From assembly GCF_048593235.1 (NCBI RefSeq), contig NC_133622.1, forward strand, positions 193,223,198 to 193,287,197: a stretch of 64,000 bases of DNA, in the 5' to 3' direction. Positions 58,801-64,000 of the stretch are shown here, in pieces. A program made the position numbers and the translations under genes. The notes under the pieces were generated by a model that saw nothing but the letters and a program-made list of their open reading frames with translations, had not been told where the DNA came from and ran no database searches. The first letter of the stretch is position 1. Each line of letters opens with the position of its first letter. This DNA comes from Sminthopsis crassicaudata (taxonomy: Eukaryota).

Positions 58801-58980
58801 CAGGCATCACAACTCCACACCCAGCTGCGAACTAACCTTGTGGGTAACGTGTGGCGACAGTACCGGGACACAGGCTTTTTATGGGAACAGTACAGCGATC
58901 GAGATGGTCACGGCATGGGCTCCCGGCCATTCCAGGGCTGGACCAGTCTTGTACTGCTTGCTATGGCAGAGGACTACTGA
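55890..58980 (+). CDS. MOGS: Mannosyl-oligosaccharide glucosidase (ER glucosidase I, GH63), 859 aa
   Basis: Exons 55890-56295, 56385-56614, 56866-57062, 57234-58980. Arg-rich tail, TM segment, [64 protein letters not shown]; AATAAA at 59297-59302. Confidence 0.98.
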
Positions 58981-59591
58981 TCCCCACCATTCTTCCACGT
59001 AAATCCTTCCCATGTCAACTCAGGACCAACTCACTGCCCAGCCTTCCCCAAACCACCACCATCCATCCTAGGCCTGCTAGGAAATGACCCATCTAACACT
59101 CCCTTGGGCCCTCTTTGCTGCTGCTGGGGGTCAGGACCTCATGTGTGGTGCATGGGAGGGAGATGGGCTGGGGAGAGGGCTCCTCTGCTCCAGAGCTCCT
59201 GGGTCCCACGCCTGGAACTCATCTCAGGGGTTACCCCACCCATCTCCATTAGTCTTGGTGGCAGATGGTGGTGAAGCCAAGAGTTTATTTTTCTAAAATA
59301 AAAATTGCCTTCCTGTGACTGATATAGTCATTTATGGTCCCCCTACTCTCTTCTAAATGCCCCTCATTTGAATCTTTTTTCTGCCTTCTACCCAAGGCTG
59401 AAAATAATTCAAATTCACACCTAGCTAGTTAAATTTCTTTAATAAGGAGACCTGAGGTGTTGGGTATGTGTATGGGAAGGGCAATCACCACTCTTTTCCT
59501 ATATGCAATTGCCATAGTCAGAATCCCATCCACCAGGGGCCAGACTTCCTGGCAGAAACCACTGGGGATGAGAGGACCAAGTTGCAGGTCC

Positions 59592-61461
<1,870 letters not shown>

Positions 61462-61619
61462 GCTGCTGCCTACAAGCCCGGGCAGGAAACTGCCACCTCC
61501 ACCGCCGGGCAGCCTGCCACTGCTTTCCGGACCGCAACCACCATAGTCCCGGCCCGGACCATAGCCGCTACCGCCGCCATCGCTATCCGGACTCACAGCT
61601 ACCGAGCCTTGCAGCCGCC

Positions 61620-61830
61620 CAGCCAATCAGCAACTGAGTTGCGTCAGATTGCACCAATCGGGAGTCGTTTCTTGAGGATCGGCCAATGGGAACAGCCTGC
61701 CAAGGCACTTCCGGAGACCAATGCGCTGCCGCGTCTCCACCACTCACCCAGACAACAGCGGCCCAGAGACAAAGAGTGAAGAAGCAATCGCCCAAAGACT
61801 GTGATCGGCAGCACTAACCACCAATAAAAG
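61620..61830 (-). promoter_or_regulatory. WBP1 promoter with multiple CCAAT boxes and an ETS site
   Basis: CCAAT at 61623, 61654, 61683, 61718, 61821; CACTTCCGG near 61707. Confidence 0.7.
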
Positions 61831-62084
61831 GCATTAGTCCCACTTCGTGGGAATCAAGCCCACCAACGAGTGTTCAGAGGCGCTAGAGAGGGCCGCTCTT
61901 TCCGAGAGAAGTCTCAAGGATTGGCTGAGCTTCGCTCAGCAATATGGGCAAGAGGTGGGGAAAAGTGGAGCCCGAGGTGAGGTAGCCTTCGGGGAGACGG
62001 AAAGGCCTCCAGCTCCGCCTCCAGCCGGGAGGGGCCGAGGCCGAGTCGCGGGGGCGAGGGAGGGGGGCGGGAGGGCGGGGGTGC

Positions 62085-64000
62085 TCAGGTGGCCACGATG
62101 GGGCTGGGCGGGGCGGCGCCGACGCCCTCCGGTAGCCCGAGCTGCAGCTGCAGGTTGAGGCGGTAACACTGCAGGCTGCAGAGGGGCTGGCCCGTGCGCG
62201 AGCAGGCGTAGCGCCGCGGGTGGGGACAGCCTGGCACAGAGCAGCGGGGCCGAGGGCCCGGGGGCGGCGGGGGCGGAGAAACTGGGGCCGGCGTGGGCAC
62301 ACCCACGGGGAAGGACAGAGTGGCGCCGCGCGCTCCGCTGCTGTAGCGGACCATGGGCGTGACGGCGGGTGGTCGGCCCCCTCGGCGTTCGCCACGCGCG
62401 CCCCCTCGGCCGCCGCGGCTGCTGGGGGCCGCCGTCTTAGTCAGCCTCTCGATGGTCTGGTTTTTGTGCTCCTCCGCCCGGCGGGCCGCCTGCAAGCGCC
62501 GCTTCCGGGCCCGCTCCTCCCGCTTCATCAGCATCTCCTCCGTGAGCGCCGGAGCACCCGCGGCCTTGGGCAGCTTGAGCATGGGCGACGGCTGGCTCCG
62601 GGCTTTCTGCAGCAGGGCCTTCTGCGGGGACAACGAAGAGGGGCCCGATCGTCAGGGGCCGCCACTCCGACACTGCCGGCTCCCGCCCCGGTCCTCACCT
62701 CCGACCCCATCCACCCACCTGGCGTGCTGTGAGCAGTCTCTCGTTGATCTCCTTCTTCAGGTCCCCATTGTCATCCAGCTCCCCCTTCTCCAGGGCATCC
62801 AGCCAGCGCTGTTCTTCCTCATCCTCTCGGCCTCCAAGGCCTCCAGCCAACTCCCCGAGAGGAGAGGGGGACAGGTTACTGTCTTCATCTAGGGACAAAA
62901 GTATACCCTGACACAACTTGTATCCAGCCGGAAGAACAGCCAAACTGGGGGGGAGGGGGAAGCCGTCAGCCAGTCCCTGAAGGTGCCTTACCCAGCCAGG
63001 CTCGGTACTGCTCAATGGGGACCCCTTCCATCGGCTCCTCTTCATTGTCCACAACCATGAGGGGAGAAGGGGACCGGGGCTCCTCGGGGATCACAGTGAA
63101 GGTGGGAACGCTGGAGAAGGAGAAGAGTGAGAAGCCTGGCAAGCTACCTCCTTTTCTACACTCCACATGCAGGACACCAAGTCTACAGGTCCAGTCTGTG
63201 GGCATTTACTAAGCATCTTCTATAAGCATCTTCTATTGCACTTATAGTGTTGGGAAATCCAAAGAAAAGCAAAAATAGTGTCTGCTTTCCAGCAGAAGCT
63301 CACATTCTAATAATGGACACTATCAATCAGTCCAGTCTCCTGCCTCCCACCACAGTCCCATAGTTATTTTGGTGCTGTGCATAAAGCTACAGGAACTAGG
63401 AATCAGGAACACTCCTGGAGTTCAAGTACAGCCTTAGACACTTCCTGGCTGCATGACCCCTCTTTGCCTCAGTTTCCTCATTTATAAAATGAGCTGAAGA
63501 AGAAAATGGTCAACCATTTCAATATTTTTTGCTAAACAATCTCCAGGTCTCACCCCAAAGGCTGATCAGACCCGCCTCCCAGTGGACATAGGAAGGGCCT
63601 CTTTTAACTTTCCCTGATTCCTAGATCTTCAACCCAACTAGGCAGTATGGCCAGACTCCCCACCAAAAGCCGACCAACTCCAGATCAGCACCCATGGGGA
63701 GTCCTTGGCTGTCAGCAAAGCCCTTGAGGTTCGAGGAGCTCAAGTGCCTTCTTGGGAGGGCTTGGCCCTGGCTGCCCCCCAGCCCACAGAGCCCTGACCT
63801 CACGGTCTTCATGCTTACCTCTTGGTGCCCAGAACCTGGCCACCGAGTTTGATCCTGAGCTTCAGCTGGGCAGGAGCTTGGGCAGGGCCAGAGGCAGAGC
63901 TGGGCAGGGGGGGGCCGGGTCCTTCCTCCTGGTGCTGCTTTTTCTTATGTTTCTTCTTGTGCTTCTTATGCTTCTTCTTATGGCCACCGTGGCCGTGGCC
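62085..64000 (-). CDS. INO80B: INO80 complex subunit B (IES2/PAPA-1), exon 1 and the start of exon 2 outside the window
   Basis: Exons 64000-63819 (partial), 63110-62992, 62888-62719, 62621-62085. HKKKHKKHKKKHKK, QLKLRIKLGGQVLGTKSVPTF, PAPA-1 region LTEEMLMKREERARKRRLQ, zf-HIT CSVPGCPHPRRYACSRTGQPLCSLQCY. Confidence 0.97.
63390..63545 (+). mobile_element. Mar1-type SINE remnant in INO80B intron 2
   Basis: ggaatcagga...cctcagtttcctcatttataaaatgagctgaagaagaaaatggtcaacc. Confidence 0.7.

Overview
Vertebrate (mammalian) genomic DNA, not prokaryotic, so the intron-blind ORF track shows only exon fragments and GC-rich shadow frames. The window is the gene-dense block syntenic with human 2p13.1, read in reverse: DQX1 (3' part, +), TLX2 (-), PCGF1 (+), LBX2 (+), TTC31 (-), CCDC142 (+), MRPL53 (+), MOGS (+), WBP1 (-), INO80B (5'-truncated, -). 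I built every gene model by hand from GT-AG junctions and checked phase continuity. Gene names come from recalled human protein sequences, not a database search. The repeat content (Mar1-type CORE-SINEs, tRNA-headed SINEs, abundant L2/L3, an L1 3' end) points to a marsupial; this is inference. There is one 192-nt N gap. No rRNA, tRNA gene or CRISPR array is supported. The most notable observations are: (1) a splice donor overlapping the TTC31 stop codon, with two unannotated-looking downstream exons and a polyA signal; (2) a 110-nt intron needed to join the CCDC142 N-terminus to its body, where I recall human having one continuous exon; (3) an LBX1-like intact eh1 motif in LBX2, plus a uORF whose stop overlaps the LBX2 start (ATGA); (4) back-to-back polyA signals for MOGS and WBP1, and no canonical polyA signal after CCDC142 or INO80B; (5) an orphan CCAAT/CpG promoter-like element between DQX1 and TLX2; (6) a 25-bp CpG-rich VNTR upstream of LBX2. 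None of this is demonstrated to be a new biological system; these are testable hypotheses.
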